From assembly GCF_036588685.1 (NCBI RefSeq), contig NC_086383.1:6510001-6574000 (forward strand): 64,000 nt of DNA. Direction: 5' to 3'. A model generated the notes under the pieces. The model was not told where the DNA came from. It saw only the letters and a list, made by a program, of their open reading frames with translations, and did no database searches. Shown piece by piece: positions 26,446 through 40,867 of this stretch. The translations under genes were made by a program, and so were the position numbers. Position 1 is the first letter of the stretch, and each line of letters opens with the position of its first letter. The stretch comes from Mytilus trossulus (Eukaryota).

Positions 26446-29132
26446 TGAAGAGTTGTAGCAGAATTTGATGTTTTCACTAGTATGGATAACACGACGAATA
26501 CTTCATTTTTTAATGTATTGCCTAGTTCCATATGCCAATTTTAAGGACTGATGGTATAGAATATTCCATATATTTTCTGTCTATCGAAAGTTATAACTCT
26601 GATTTTTCATAGTTTAGTTAGTTTCCATAACTTCTCTTTTTTTATCACAAACAAGAATACTCGTTTACCATGGAATACAATTTGAGACAACAATATTAGT
26701 TAAATGTTGTTCAAATTTAATCCACAGCCTCTGTGTTAATAGATAAAAGGCTATAAATTCAATTTATTAAAGCCAATAACCTTAAAACATATGTAATACT
26801 CAGATCAATGATAAACAAGACGTGTTTCGTCTCGTATGAAGAAAAGATGTAATCAATATAACTATATATATAATGTACCTTCGCAAAAATCGACCTATGT
26901 TTAATTAAATGATGCATACAAATTATTCACTTCAAAGTTGTATTGTGTACGTATAAAATGCCTTTGTATATAGTATAAGCTCTATATTGTGTGTATTAAT
27001 AAAAAGATAATAATACATATTTTTTTTTATTTTTTAAGAGTAAATACGTTGCGTGCAAATTTTGTTTTTGTATTCTTTTTTTCATTTGTCTTTTCGCCTT
27101 TTTTTCAGATATCTCAAACATTGTTTTTGTGCTTAATTGGAAAGCAACAATTTCTCAAAAGGTTTAATCTGCTAAGGAACACAAAGACAGAGTATATTTA
27201 GTTTCATGTTCGGATATTACAACATTTTAGTAATCTGCCAGATTTTCGCACTAAGGGGCAGTAGAGTATTTGTTTCACTAAGCAACTTCGATGCGTTCTG
27301 TCTTTCAATTTAAAGGCTAAGCTTGCTATAAAACAACGTATAGTCCAACAATTTCTACATAAGAAAATACTTGTACTAAGATAGTTGTAATCCATTTGTG
27401 TGATGTGTTTCAGCTTTTGAATGTAGTATCCGTTTTTAAATTCCTTCTGACTGCTATTTTGGTAAGAAACATATCAGTAAAATGCAGTCGTAACGACTTT
27501 TAAAAATATTTGTATTGGAACAATTATACCCTTGCATTAGTAGAAAGTACAAACATTCATTAAGCTACATATCCTCCATTTTCTTTTTTCCCAATGATAA
27601 ATATGCAGTTTATTATACCTGATTGGTACCTCAGAATTAAAATTTAATTTACCAACACGCGAATGATTGAATTTTCAACTATGATTTTGCAGAAAGTAAA
27701 CAGTATTTTCCTTTTACATGCCCTTTTCGGATACAATTATAATTATATTTCTTCTAACATATTAGAAGGGTAAACGACTTGCATATGGATATGTTGGTTT
27801 GGAGTCAGGAATAGGCTAGTTGATTTTCAATCGGTTTGCGCTTTTTTTCTTATCATTTAATAAGGACTTACTGCTTTGAATTTTACGAAGGATTATGTTA
27901 TCAACAAACATTGAAATGGACAGACAGGAAACGAATATATAATCTAACACATTTACTGACTGGAGTTTATGTGATACTTTTATATGGATTAAAAACGTGG
28001 CAATATCTTTTTCTTCTAATTTTGCTGTAATAACACAACTTATTTGACATAGTATTTCGTTGGAAATATTGCATGTATTGGACTCAGTAAACTCTTGTCC
28101 CTTGAATTCAATAACGCAAACATATGACATAAGGATATGTCAAACAAACTATGTTGTTCATATCAAAATAAGTTAATAGTACTGCTCATACATGTATTGT
28201 TAGCAGTCAATGTTAGTTCAAGTACTCTCTAATTGACGTAGAAACCGCCATGACAAACATATGTTATCAAACACTCAATTCAAATGCAATCAGTTGGTGT
28301 CAATTCATAACAATATATATCACTGGCAAATCAGTCTTGCGTGAGAATCAACGAGTTCATGAACTACTTTATATTTATAATTAGCTTTTGCTTTGATCTT
28401 AGTATGTTCGAATTAATAAAGCTTACATACTCTTCTTTTGAAATTTTACATGAACATATGATCAAAAATTCATAGTTAAGTTTGTATATATACAAATGTC
28501 ATCAACACATTGATTGGTATTGTTGTGTAAATGGAATTGTTATCACATTACGTATTCGAGTAACCTATATTTTCATCCACATTTCTTCAATATTGAGTTC
28601 ATTTGTAATAACAATTTTATGTTGATGTTATATGTTTTATTCTCATCGGATTTTGTTTAATGCTTAGTCCGTTTCTGTGTGTGTTACATTTTAATGTTGT
28701 GTCGTTGTTTTCTTATATATAATGCGTATCCCACAGTTTTAGTATGTTACACCAATTTAGTTTTTGTCTATAGATTTACGAGTTTTGAACAGCGGTATAC
28801 TGTGTACTGATGCCTTTATTTTAATATTTCATTGATCGAAATTTGAAATGAACAGTCATCGCAATGGTCTAAATGATCTTTCCGCATGACAATACAAGTT
28901 GATAGAAATAACCGTGCAAATGTCAAATGAAGTGGATTTATCCTAATCAGCTTATAGACTGGGAATTGATATATTAACGATATCATTCAGATAGTAGAAT
29001 CTGTTTTTATGCGGTAAAGATATGAAATAAATTGCTATTGCACAATGGAGATTCAGTGACATGTTATTATTAATGACAAAAGAAAAATAACTTCTTTGGT
29101 ATTGCGTAGTTAATATTCTACCATTGTGTAAA

Positions 29133-29378
29133 TAGTTATCAAAAGTACCAGGATTATAATTTTATACGCCAGACGCGCTTTTCGTCTACATAAGACTCAT
29201 CAGTGACGCTCAGATCAAAAAAGTTAAAAAGCCAAACACATACAAAGTTGAAGAGCATTGAGGACCCAACATTCCAAAAAATTGTCCCAAATACGGCTAA
29301 GGTAATCTACTCCTGGGGTAAGAAAATCATTAGTTTTTGGAAAAATTCAAAGTTTTGTTAACAGAAAATTTATAAAAA
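29133..29378 (-). mobile_element. Hammerhead-bearing retrozyme fragment (second family) inserted in one duplicate only
   Basis: Absent from the paralogous site near 25030. Minus strand 29209-29166 reads GCGUCA-CUGAUGA-GUC(uuaugua)GAC-GAAA-A(GCGC)G-UC-UGGCGU, with one stem III mismatch; flanked by tgtaaa on both sides. Confidence 0.8.
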
Positions 29379-30067
29379 TGTAAAGCTTGTTGATGCTGAA
29401 GGCCCTTTTAACGTATCCTTAGCTTCAATTAAAAAGAGTGTTGTCCTATATTACTATATTTAAGTGTTTTCGCTATAGGTCATTGTATTTGATTTTGTTT
29501 AGAGCTATGGCACTTAATGTTAAACAGGGATACATACAAGGCGAATTTAACATGTTATACATTTAATTTGGTTAAAGCAAATATCTTAAAGGATAGCCTG
29601 GATCGTAGTTACAGACTTTATCAAACCACAATTAGTTTGGCTGAATTAACATTGTAATGTTCTAATTGCAACAATATGCAACTGAACTGAGGACAATACT
29701 TTCTAACACATTTTCAAATCTCATAAATAAAACTAGATTCCCTTCCTTCTAACGTGAATAGGTATGCTATTCATTGAAAGTTCTTTATAACTTTCTAGAT
29801 GAGACGTAACTGCTTTCATTAACACTTTTACAGAAAAGTTAAATCATGAGTAATTGGCCAAAATCATTCTACACACATGTATTGATAACTATGTTAAATG
29901 TACAAACGATGTGTCATACCAACGCAGGAATATACAATGTAATGTATTTAAAATAATAGTCATGAGGGTTGATAATGTCTTGTTAACTTTGGTAATGTTA
30001 TCTTGCTATCAAAATGAAAATATATTTTTTTTGTAATGTATATAATTATAAATTACGATTCTTTGAC

Positions 30068-30158
30068 AATAGTTATCAAAGGTACCAGGATTATAATTTC
30101 GTACGCCAGACGCGAGTTTTGTCTACAAAAAACTCACCAGTGAGGCTCATATCAAAAG
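30068..30158 (-). repeat. Degenerate fragment of second hammerhead family
   Basis: Matches 29131-29220 but the core is mutated (CUGGUGA, stem II disrupted, CAAAA in place of CGAAA). Confidence 0.7.
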
Positions 30159-32885
30159 TATACTGTCACAGGTTTTCAAGTAAAATAAAATATAAATTAA
30201 ACGTTATCAATTAGACAATGTTGGTTCTTTTGAAATCACATACTTACACATGTGTGCTAGTACTGTTCTAGACACAAACTATAATATATAAGATATTAAG
30301 TGTTTAAACAACTCCTTACCTTTATATCCTTTATGAAATCATTTAGAAAATCACGAATATAAGTATCTTCAACATCCATCTTTTGTTTCGAATTATTATT
30401 CCAGAGAGTTACGAATAATTTAAGAACAATGTGACATATTTACTGGAATCGGTAAAAAAATCAATACTGCGTTAATTAATAGAAATTCCCTAGTCATAAA
30501 TTTCCGTAAATAGAACTGTTGGTATTACCTATTCCATATATTTTCAAATATTTATCTATCGAAAACATAACACAGATTTTTCATAGTTCTATTACTTTCC
30601 TTAACTTTTTTTCTACCACAAATAAGAATACTCATTAACCATGGAATAAAATTTGAGAAAACAACTCGAGATAAATGTTGTTAATTATTCAAAATTAAAT
30701 CCAAAGGCTCAGTAAATAGATAAAAGGCTATAGATTCAATTAGTTAAAGTCAATAACGTTAAAACATATGTAGTACTCAGATCAATGACCAACAAGACGT
30801 TTTACATCTCTTATGAATAAAATAGTTAATCAATACAGCAATATATTATCTGCCTCCGCTAAAATCGACCTCTGTTTAATTAAATGATGCATACAAATTA
30901 CTCTGACAAGTTGCATTGTGTACAACTTCAAAGCCTTGTTTTATCTAAAGATGTTATGATATATGTAATAAACCAATGATTATATATATATATTAAGATT
31001 TATTTAAAAAAAAAAAATGCTATCTGTGCCATTTTTGTGTTTGTATTTTTATCATTAAGTTTTCCCTCTGTTATAAGATTTCCCTTTGCTTTTGGTTTAA
31101 ACTGGAAAATATTAAAGGGTTTAATCTACTAAGAAACGCAAACACGGAATACATTTTATATCAAGAATAATTTTAACTCCGTTTGGCCTCTGTATGATTC
31201 TTTTAGATTTTCACAAACTACCATTGTCCCATATTAAAGTGTCACGTATGACGTAGACTTATCGTGTACTCTATTCCATTTTTCATCAATACTTAGTTCA
31301 TTTGTGATAACAATTTAAAAATGTGTTTTATTCAGAATATGATATATCGTAAATGTGAGTGAAACATTATCACAAATGTTTGACTGATCGGTATGCATGA
31401 TTATAAGAGTTAATAGATAGAACTGTTCAAATGTCACAAGAACTTGATTAATCATAATCAGATTATAGACAGGAAATTGATATCTAATAATATCATTTAT
31501 ATATTGGAATTGCATGAACTGGTTTTATGCACCGGATATATGACAACAATTGCTACTGCACATGGTAGTATCACTGATATTAAAATGATAAAAGAGATAA
31601 ATCTTCTTAAGTAACTTTAGTTATAAGGAAATATCATGCTCACATTATAATTTTCTATTGCAATTACGCTATAATTAATGCATATATAAAGATTTGTTTG
31701 GTCATAGAACATCCCCTGGGGTTGTCAAGACTGATCAAACAAAAGGCCGACCGTAGGGAGGTCTTTCATAGTGTAATTATGTCATACGAGGTGTGTTCTG
31801 CGCATTAAAAAATGCATTTGTTTTCTTAAAATTTAGAAATTATTCCGTGCATTAATTTTTGCAATTTTGTCATTCTCTAGTAAAATGCAATTAAAATTTT
31901 TGCGATATAGAACTAAAAATCCTGTTTGATTCATATCATCAATTTCAAAAGGCGTGTTTGAATTTATTGCAACTATAAACCAGTCACGTTATTCGCAAGA
32001 ACAAAAACATCGCAATAATTTCTGAATTTACAGTACATTTATATCTTATTTTCTTCAATCAGTAGCAGAAAAAAAACATCCTATTTTATATAAATGAGAT
32101 ATTCCTTTCTGATGCCTTAAAGCATTATACATCGTGGTATCTTCCAGTTTATTCTTTCTTTCTTTTAATCTTTTATTTTCAAAAGAAATTGTATATCTTT
32201 TTGACAGAAAAAAACTACATATAATTATGTGTACTTTCTTCAAGCTTTTTGAAATGATAAAACTATGGTATTTTAAGAAACACAAATATGTACTGTTAAA
32301 TTACATTCCCCCATGATCTTTAGTAACTTCCTTCCAAATACTATTTCGTAAGGTTACATACTTGTCATACATGTATGTATAATCAACTTTACAAAAATCT
32401 GCAGAAATGATATGATGATTTTTTTACAACAAAATACCACGGATTCATATCCATTGATTCGCTTTGATAAAATATAGCAATCAAACACTTTGTCACAAAT
32501 TAAATATTAATTATCTCCATCAAACCAATTAAAGTTGCTATTGTTGCATTGTATGTAATACAGATGTGTATCGTTTGTTTATATAAATGTATGTAGTAGG
32601 CACAATAGGTGGAAACAGAACACTATATTTGTATTATAAGGGTAAACTGCTTGGACATGCTTTATTAAATAGCTGGCTTTCAAGTGCTAAATCCCTTAAA
32701 AGTTATCTAAAAATTTGAAAAAGGACAAACTCACAGATCAATTTTAGGGGAACTCTTACCAAGACATTATAACAATTAAAACAAATTTACGTCATAGCCA
32801 CAGGAAAGAAATCTTGACTTTGAAAATAATTTTTCAAGTTCCATCTGTAAATGAACTCATTTATCTAATCATATCAATCTAATTA

Positions 32886-33220
32886 GGAGATAACTGTATT
32901 GTATTTTAAGCTCCGACGGCATCAATTGGGGATTTGATGGTCGCAAATTAAGTTTACTGGCGACGCGTTAGCGGAGACAGTAAACGGGTATTTGCGACCA
33001 TCAAATCCCCAATTGATGCCGTCGGAGCTTAAAATACAATATTGTTATCTCCATTCTAATGAAACTGACAGAAAACAACGTTAAAACATGCATTTAAAAT
33101 CTGTCATATGCCGTCTGCGCTTGCGCGTAGGTCCCATAGCATCAATTGTCAATTGATGCCATGTAAGAAAGTGACGTTATCCAATCAAAATGAACGTTAC
33201 AAACGTTGTTGCATTAGAAT
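32886..33220. mobile_element. Non-coding double-hairpin (dumbbell) element
   Basis: 63-bp inverted arms 32886-32948 / 32990-33052 (2 mismatches) with inner stem gtttactg/cagtaaac; second pairing attctaatg (33053-33061) / cattagaat (33212-33220). Confidence 0.7.
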
Positions 33221-34137
33221 GAACTATTGCATGTTTTGATTTTTTTACTGATTCATTCATGTTGTAGCATTCGTCTTAATTCGGGACGAGCTAGAAGGCC
33301 ATACGTTGTAAAGAAAATCATGTCGATTTACAACAATATTAAAACAATATCACACTCTTGGTTTTTTTTTGTTTTATTTTGCTGTATGCAGAAAACTATA
33401 AGTATTTTGTTGTTTATGGCGGTCGGTAGCCTGACATTAAAGCCAATGTATACAGTACCAATGCCCATGAGTATTCCCACAGTTCACGTGTTTTATGGTG
33501 AGAGAATAAGTGAGAACTAGTCGTAAATCTATGAAATGAGACTTTTTATCGTGTAATGTAATGTGTGATGATGATGTGGGCCTAATTCATTATTCTTATC
33601 CATATTAGTAATTACAAAGAATGTCTGCGAGCTGTACTTATATAATAAACTATTATCGCTATGGTTCAATTTATTTTATTTAATTATGACTTACAAACAA
33701 TACTTTAAATGTCAACAGGTGATAAAAAAGGCAAAATAAATTTAAGTGATAAAATTGTCAACATTTAATATAATAGATTGACACCCAACAGACCAAAATT
33801 GTCTTAATATCATGCATAAGATATAATAAGTTACTTAATTGATAATTTTTCATTTGACATCAAACCTTTAACAAAATACAAATGAATGGGGGAATTTCTA
33901 ATAATGGATGATATCTTCATATTTCATGTACTACTGCTACCGTATTATTTGCTTGGTGGTGTGCAAACTAATTGATGTCTGATATACAATGACAAATCCT
34001 ACTGCATTTCTAACTTAGATGTACTCTTCGCCAAGTTAAATACTCCCGATCGTTGGATAACAAAAAAATTCAGGTATTTCACCAATAAAGTAATTATAAA
34101 CCTTTTACGTCAATTAGTTTGTCAGTATAGATTGTTT

Positions 34138-34435
34138 GAAAGAGGGACGAAAGGTACAAAAGGGACAGTAAAACTCATACATCGAAAATAAACTGACAAC
34201 GTCATAGCTAAAAATGAAAAAGACAAACAGACAAACAATAGTACACATGACACAACATTGAAAACTACAGAATAAACAACACGAACCCAACCAAAACTTA
34301 GGGGTTAGCTCAGGTGCTCCGGAAGAGTAAGAATATACTGCTCCTCATGTGGCACCCGTCGTGTTGATTATTTGATAACAAATCCGATAAATAGTCTAAT
34401 TAACAGGTCACATTCATGACATGAAAGGGGATTGT
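34138..34435 (-). repeat. Copy of Penelope-like 3' UTR-derived repeat
   Basis: Reverse-complement match to 42530-42790 (ggtgctccggaag, tggcacccgtcgtgtt); another copy at ~52540-52715. Confidence 0.65.
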
Positions 34436-37400
34436 TGTTCAACATATCAAGTTACTGTCTTTATATTCAGCCTTTTGGTTTGTTATTAAAATAGTAACAT
34501 GAAAGCAACTATGTAGATATCGATCAATATATTTTTATAGATACAAATATCAAAATCCACATATCTTAACTAGCTCTTTTATTTATCTCATTGAACCGCA
34601 AATGTCACTAATTTTTTTATAGTATTCTTAATATCATCAACAAATAATTCAGATGTTTTAAAATTTTACTTCAAACTACTATTTTTTAAATTAAACTGTG
34701 TACATTGTAATATTATGTACCCTTTCCCAAATTATATCGATACTTAGTACCTTTGTATTAACCATTTTAAATATATGTTTCATCGGAATATAAAACTTTG
34801 TAAAATTGAGTGAACTTTTGTCGCTCAGATCAGAATGATCTTTCCACATGACATTACACATTAATAGAAATAACTGATCAAAAGTCACAAAAAATGGATT
34901 AATCATCATCATCGTATAGACAAGGAATTTGTATTCAATGATATCATTTAGATGAGGATTGCATAGACTGGTATATGCTTTAGATATATGACAACTATTG
35001 CTGCTGTACATTGTGGTATCATTTAACATATTGTCTGATTAATGAGGGAAAAAACAAATCTTCCTAAGTATCTTTATAATTAGGAAATAACATGCTTCCA
35101 ATTACAATGTTTAATTGCGGTACATAATGCTTAATATCTTTTAGCCTTTTGAAATAATACAGGTACTATATTATACAGTAATGCAACAATGTAGTCGATT
35201 ACGTATTGATAATCAAAATGATGTGAGTGTATTTGATCATGAATGCAGACCAGTAAATGGCCATTTGTAAACGTTTATACAAACAAACTCGTGTATGAGA
35301 AAACAAGTACAACAAATTATTATTGACGAAGAAACGAAAAATCACTCGGGTAACAGGTCCCTCAAAATGTTACATTTGATAGAGTGAATGAAAAATGTCC
35401 TGGAAATCAGCCTACTGTAAGAATATCGTATGATAAAAGACGTTTTCTGATTCAGTGTTTTTGTCTGTTTTTCAAATCTTCAAAAATAAAAATAAAACAG
35501 TCTTTTAGATAATTTGTTTTACGCATGTTAATAAGTTGATAACTTTCCAATGACATTTCATTTCCTGACAATAAAGTGAGGCGTATATAGTATTACCGCC
35601 CACGATAATTCTCACTGGTCGTGTTTTATGGTAATCGAATAAGTGAAAAAAATCGTAAAACTTTGAAATAGATCTTTTATAGCGTAATTTTATGCGCGGT
35701 GGTGCCGTAGGCCTAAGTCATTTTACTAATCCCTAAAAGTAATTACAAAGTCTGCAGGACATTCTTATATAAAATAGTCTCAGTACCATAGGTAAATCAA
35801 TTTTACTTATTACTTACAATAATAACATATGGCAACAAGGGATAATCACAAGCCGAATTAAAAATGTGATACATTAGTGTTTTTTGCAATTTTACATCTT
35901 ACACAATAGGTTAAGCAATAAAACATGTTTTGCTATCAAATATAACACGAGAAAACAACATAAGAAAAATATTGTTATCGCTTCAACTATTCCACATGCT
36001 TGAGTAAGTAGGATCAAAGACTATAAATTCAATCAATCAAAGCTAATTACGTTAAAACATATATACTTCTCAGATCAATGATCCACAAGACGTTTTACGT
36101 CTCCTATAAACATATAAACAAAAGAGTCAATCAATATGGGAAAAAAGTAATCAGCTTTCGCTTTTAACTTTATTTGTTAAGTTCAATTATAAACCTCATG
36201 TTTGATTTGTGTTTACCGGACATTCCGTTCAAGCTCAAATGTGTAATATTTAGACTAACTTACGCGTGTGAATGCGAATGCAGTTGATTTTTGATAAAAT
36301 AAAGAAAGAAATGCAATCATTTTGCTTACCCTCGAATTTTAACCTTACATGTAAAAACTTGTGTTGATGGAAAACAGATATGTACATTCAGGATACTGCG
36401 TAATCAGTGTGTTAAGAAATGTCCTTTTTGGAAGCAAATAGTGTCAAATGTGTAATGTCTAAAAAGTGGAATAAGAACCAAAATAATAACGTTATGTTTA
36501 CATTTGTTTGATGTGTTTTAAATTTCTTTTTTGCCATTTGATAAGCGACAAACCTTTTAGAATATTTCTCGAAGTTCAATATATTTTGTGATTTACATTT
36601 GATTTCTATTCCTTCGATTATCGTTAAAGGGTCATAAGTGAAAGGCTCTATCATTAATATAGCAAGCAAATCAAACCTGTATTGTGTTTTAAAACTTTAT
36701 GTACGTCAACCAGTAGTTTTGTTGTCGCAAATTAAGTCTACCTAACGACGCCTATATCAGAAAAAAAATCGTGATTGCTAATGTCAAATACATTTAGTTC
36801 AACTTTGAAATCTATTTCCATAGTGATTTCATACAGGAATAACTACCAATTTCAACTATTGCATATCATGCATTTAAACACTAATTATTCTTTTACTATA
36901 ATCATATCTTAAATATCAATAAATTAAGAGCTAAAGGGACACACATGTCTGATATAGCCAATAGTTTAGCAATGCTGTAATCTAAAATATCGAAATCGGG
37001 TAACACTCAATAAATAAACACAAACTTGTTAAACCGTATATAACTCAAAAATGGAGCCATACTTATTTTGTCAATCACAGTAACTGTTGTAAAAATGTTA
37101 TTTTAATTATGATGTGCACAATTGTGATCTTGACAAGTTCATTCCTTAAACATGAAGAGGGTTTAGAAATAACAATATAGATATTATGCAGACATTAAAT
37201 TTCAATCAGTTTAATTGAAGTCTTGAGTTGGCATGTCAATTAACTGCTAGTATTCTGTTGTTATTTATGTATTGTTGTCATTTTATTTATTTACTGTTGT
37301 TACATTTTTCGATATCGGACTCGGACTTCCTTTCAGCTGAATTTTAATTTGGGTATTGTTATGCGTTTACTTTTCTACATTGGCTAGATGTATAGGGGGA

Positions 37401-39660
37401 GGGTTGAGATCTCATATACATGTTTAACCACGCCGCAATTTTGCGCCTGTCCCAAGTCAGGAGCCTCTGACCTTTGTTAGTCTTGTATGAATTTTAATTT
37501 AAGTTTCTTGTTTATAACTGGGAATTTAGTATGACATACATTATCACTGTGGTTGTAATCATAGTTTTACGGGGCCAGCCGAAGGACGCCTAAGGGTGCG
37601 TGAGTTTATGCTGCATTGAAGACCCATTATTGGCATTTGGCTGTTGTCTGCTAGATATTGTCGGGTTGTTGTCAATTTTATCATATTGGGAAATCCTCTA
37701 GGATGTAATGCAAGTTGAAAAAAAAAAATTGAGAATGGAAATGGGGAATGTGTCAAAGAGACAACAACCCGACCAAATAAAAAAAAACAACAGCAGAAGG
37801 TCACCAACAGGTCTTCAATGTAGCGAGAAATTCCCGAAACCCGGAGGCGTCCTTTGGCTGGCCCTTAACAAATATATACTAGTTCAGTAATAATGGACGC
37901 CATACTAATTTCCAAGAAGACTTTTTTATGACATAAAAGCCGAGGATACCTAAGAGAGTAAATATGACGTCCGATTTTTTTATTTTATTTCTAAATAATT
38001 CATAAGGTTACAGCAATTTGGACCATGTAGTATGTATCTAAAGATTCTTGGTCTCATGTTTATATATACAAAATTTGCCTTTTCGGCTTAAAATTTTGAA
38101 TCAGACGACCATTTAAACTGATAAATGGTATTATAGATGCATGAAGACATTCAATTAGTAAATGTTTCACACAGTCCAATATTATCAAATATATTAAACG
38201 GGCTAAGACGCACCTGATACTCAATCAAGAGTGTAGGAAATTTAGTTTTCTAATAATAAGAACGATTGTGATTTTGACAAATGTTTACTTTAAACATAAA
38301 ATTCGGTCTATAAACAAAGAATTACAGCAATGAAAAAATAATTTCGATGTAATACAAATTGAAGGTTTTATTATAATATGATGTTATCAGAGGAGGATCA
38401 AAGAAATCATTATATCATGTATGCCTTCTTTATTTGTACTTATGGCTTATTGAAAACAATACAATCTTAAATCAGAATAACTTTGACGTCTTATTCCTTC
38501 ATTTGTTCTCTCCAAAAAATACCTTTGTGTAAAAGATAAGTACAGAAAACGAAATAATTATTTCAAACGCTTTCAAGAAAATTGAGCAAACTAAACAATC
38601 GACTAAACGACAAAACAAAAAAAAAACATTAAAGGACGACGCAATATGAACTACACGAAAAACATTTGTCATCTGAGCTACTTTATGTGCGGGCGTAGTC
38701 CCTGCGTTCCATGTTACACCCGTCGTGTTGCACTAGTGAAAGGATATTTACTTGCCGAATGTTGTCTTATTTGCAAATATCCAAATAGCATGAATGGACA
38801 TTGTAAGTCTTTATCACATACACCATGTTACCTGTTTGCTCTATAGGAAGTATTAAGGTCGTGTTTAAACGTTTAACTTTTTATAATCAGTAACTATGAA
38901 TGATATATCATGTCAGTAGAGAAAGTATAGTATACTTTGCAGTCATGTGTGTTTTTGTCTATAGAATAATTTCCATAAAGACATTACATATCATTAGTTA
39001 ATTAGATCATCAGAATGTTTAAATTCGAAACACTAAGGGTTTTCTATTCCAGGAATAAGAGCTGTATGTAGTTGATTATTTATATTATTATTTTCATCTA
39101 TCATTGCTCTGGAAATGTGTATATAATTAGACGTTCCATGCGTATTGCTTTAAATACATCTGATGATTATAATCCATATGCAACGTGCATCGGTCATAAC
39201 ATATTACAACCCTGGTATCTTAATGAGCTTTGGAAAGATATACAATTGGGATAGAAAGTCTATAATTAAAATATTTAGTTTGACATCGTTTGTACTTAAT
39301 GACATTTTATCCTACTGTGCTGCTATATCAGAGAATGCAGTCACAACGCTTTTATTATTAATTAAGTATGCAAAACAAGATAAACCATTATTAATATGGT
39401 TCAAACGTTCCATTACACAAGTAATTATTTGCTGTTAAATTATACAGCAATTGATTATTCATACTGTGCTACTTAGATAGAATTACGTAGATATTACTAG
39501 AAGTTACCGTAATTTTTTTTTATGATTCAATTATTGAAGATGAAAAGAAATGATATATATATATACTGCAATTTGGCAGCACATCGACGCCAAACAAAAG
39601 AACAAAATAATCATCATCTCTATATAAAGTTGTATTATACAAAATAAAACAACAGCCTAG

Positions 39661-39679
39661 TATATATATATATATATAT
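39661..39679. repeat. (TA)n microsatellite
   Basis: tatatatatatatatatat. Confidence 0.9.
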
Positions 39680-40804
39680 TATAAGTGTCTATTATACAAA
39701 CACATGTCCATTTATTTGGTTTTTAATAAAGACTATTGATACTAATGCTATTGTATTAGTTAACCCCTGTAATCAGTACTTTTAATCGAATTGATTGACG
39801 ATAAGTCAGTACACAGAAATGTTCAATGAAGGAAGACACATCAAGTCACATCTTAGTCAATACTTATAAAGAGTTTGCGTATATATATTTCAAATTAATT
39901 AAATAACTATTTTTCATATCTAGTATCTTAAAAAAAATCCGAATAGTTTAAACAGATGGATATTTATAATATTATTATTTTTCCCTTGAAATATGCGACA
40001 TTGGCCGTACACAAATACATTTACTCCTCGTTTTACCGCTCTATGCAGCAATGATTCAAAATTTATTTATCAGGATTAAAAAAATGTAATGACATCATTT
40101 AAACGGTTAAACTAAACGCTACAAAATGCAAATGGCGCTTGACATTTAATTTTGAATCGCAGGATTTAATATTTTCCAGACACTTCTTTCTATTCCATAT
40201 TATAATGGTAATTAGAGAATGATTTCATAACGGCTTTTTTACATATCAAAAGTTAACAATAAAGGTCGAGAATGCACGATTTGGCACGAGGCAACGCTTC
40301 AATTAAAAAAACCGCCATATTTCAATTTTGTTTCAATAAAGCCTCGATGGGTAACATTTAACTAAGATATAATATATTTAGGAGAAATTCAATATATATA
40401 ATTACATCAAATGCAATATTAAAAAATAAAACAGTTTTAGCGTAAGGGGTTGAATTAAGATGTAAATGTAAATATGTGTTGTCCTGTTCAAAGCAGTTTT
40501 TGGCATACAAATCATGCAAATTATGATATTTCATTCAGAATTTTAAATGACGACTTTGCAGAATGATTATAATTTGATTCATTATCACATTCAATTGTTT
40601 GATATTATTCCCCATAGAAATGTTTCTGAGTCGATAATAAGTGAAAAGCCTGTTTATTAATCATGACTATATGTTTGAAAGTGGCCTTATTTTTAATTTA
40701 AATTGTCAAATTAGCGGTACATTATACTACAATTTGCTTATTTTTATAACTATTCCTGATGTTTATTGTTATTGATAGAAACATACATAAAGAAATTGTC
40801 TTAC

Positions 40805-40867
40805 CTTAATTTCATTAATGAAGTCATACAGAAAATCCTGAATGTAATTGGTGCCTTTCGTCATCAT
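40805..40867 (-). CDS. Candidate first coding exon of the GPCR (MMTKGTNYIQDFLYDFINEIK)
   Basis: ATGATG preceded by in-frame TAG, 21 codons ending AAG|GTAAGA (phase 0 donor) compatible with the phase 0 acceptor at 13163; TATATAAG on the minus strand at 40957-40964. No transcript evidence. Confidence 0.5.

Larger units (their letters stand above)
22065..29674 (+). repeat. Recent ~3.2-kb direct duplication (22065-25327 and 26433-29674) separated by a 1.1-kb unrelated segment
   Basis: Both copies begin taatcaagggtaatga and end ttctaattgcaacaa, with high colinear identity and a few indels. Confidence 0.9.

Noticed and set aside
31315-35029. Two similar minus-strand ORFs (NDII...VTFxQ) as a gene family
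   Set aside because: Similarity follows from the DNA-level duplication; other copies of the block are not open and no domain is recognisable.
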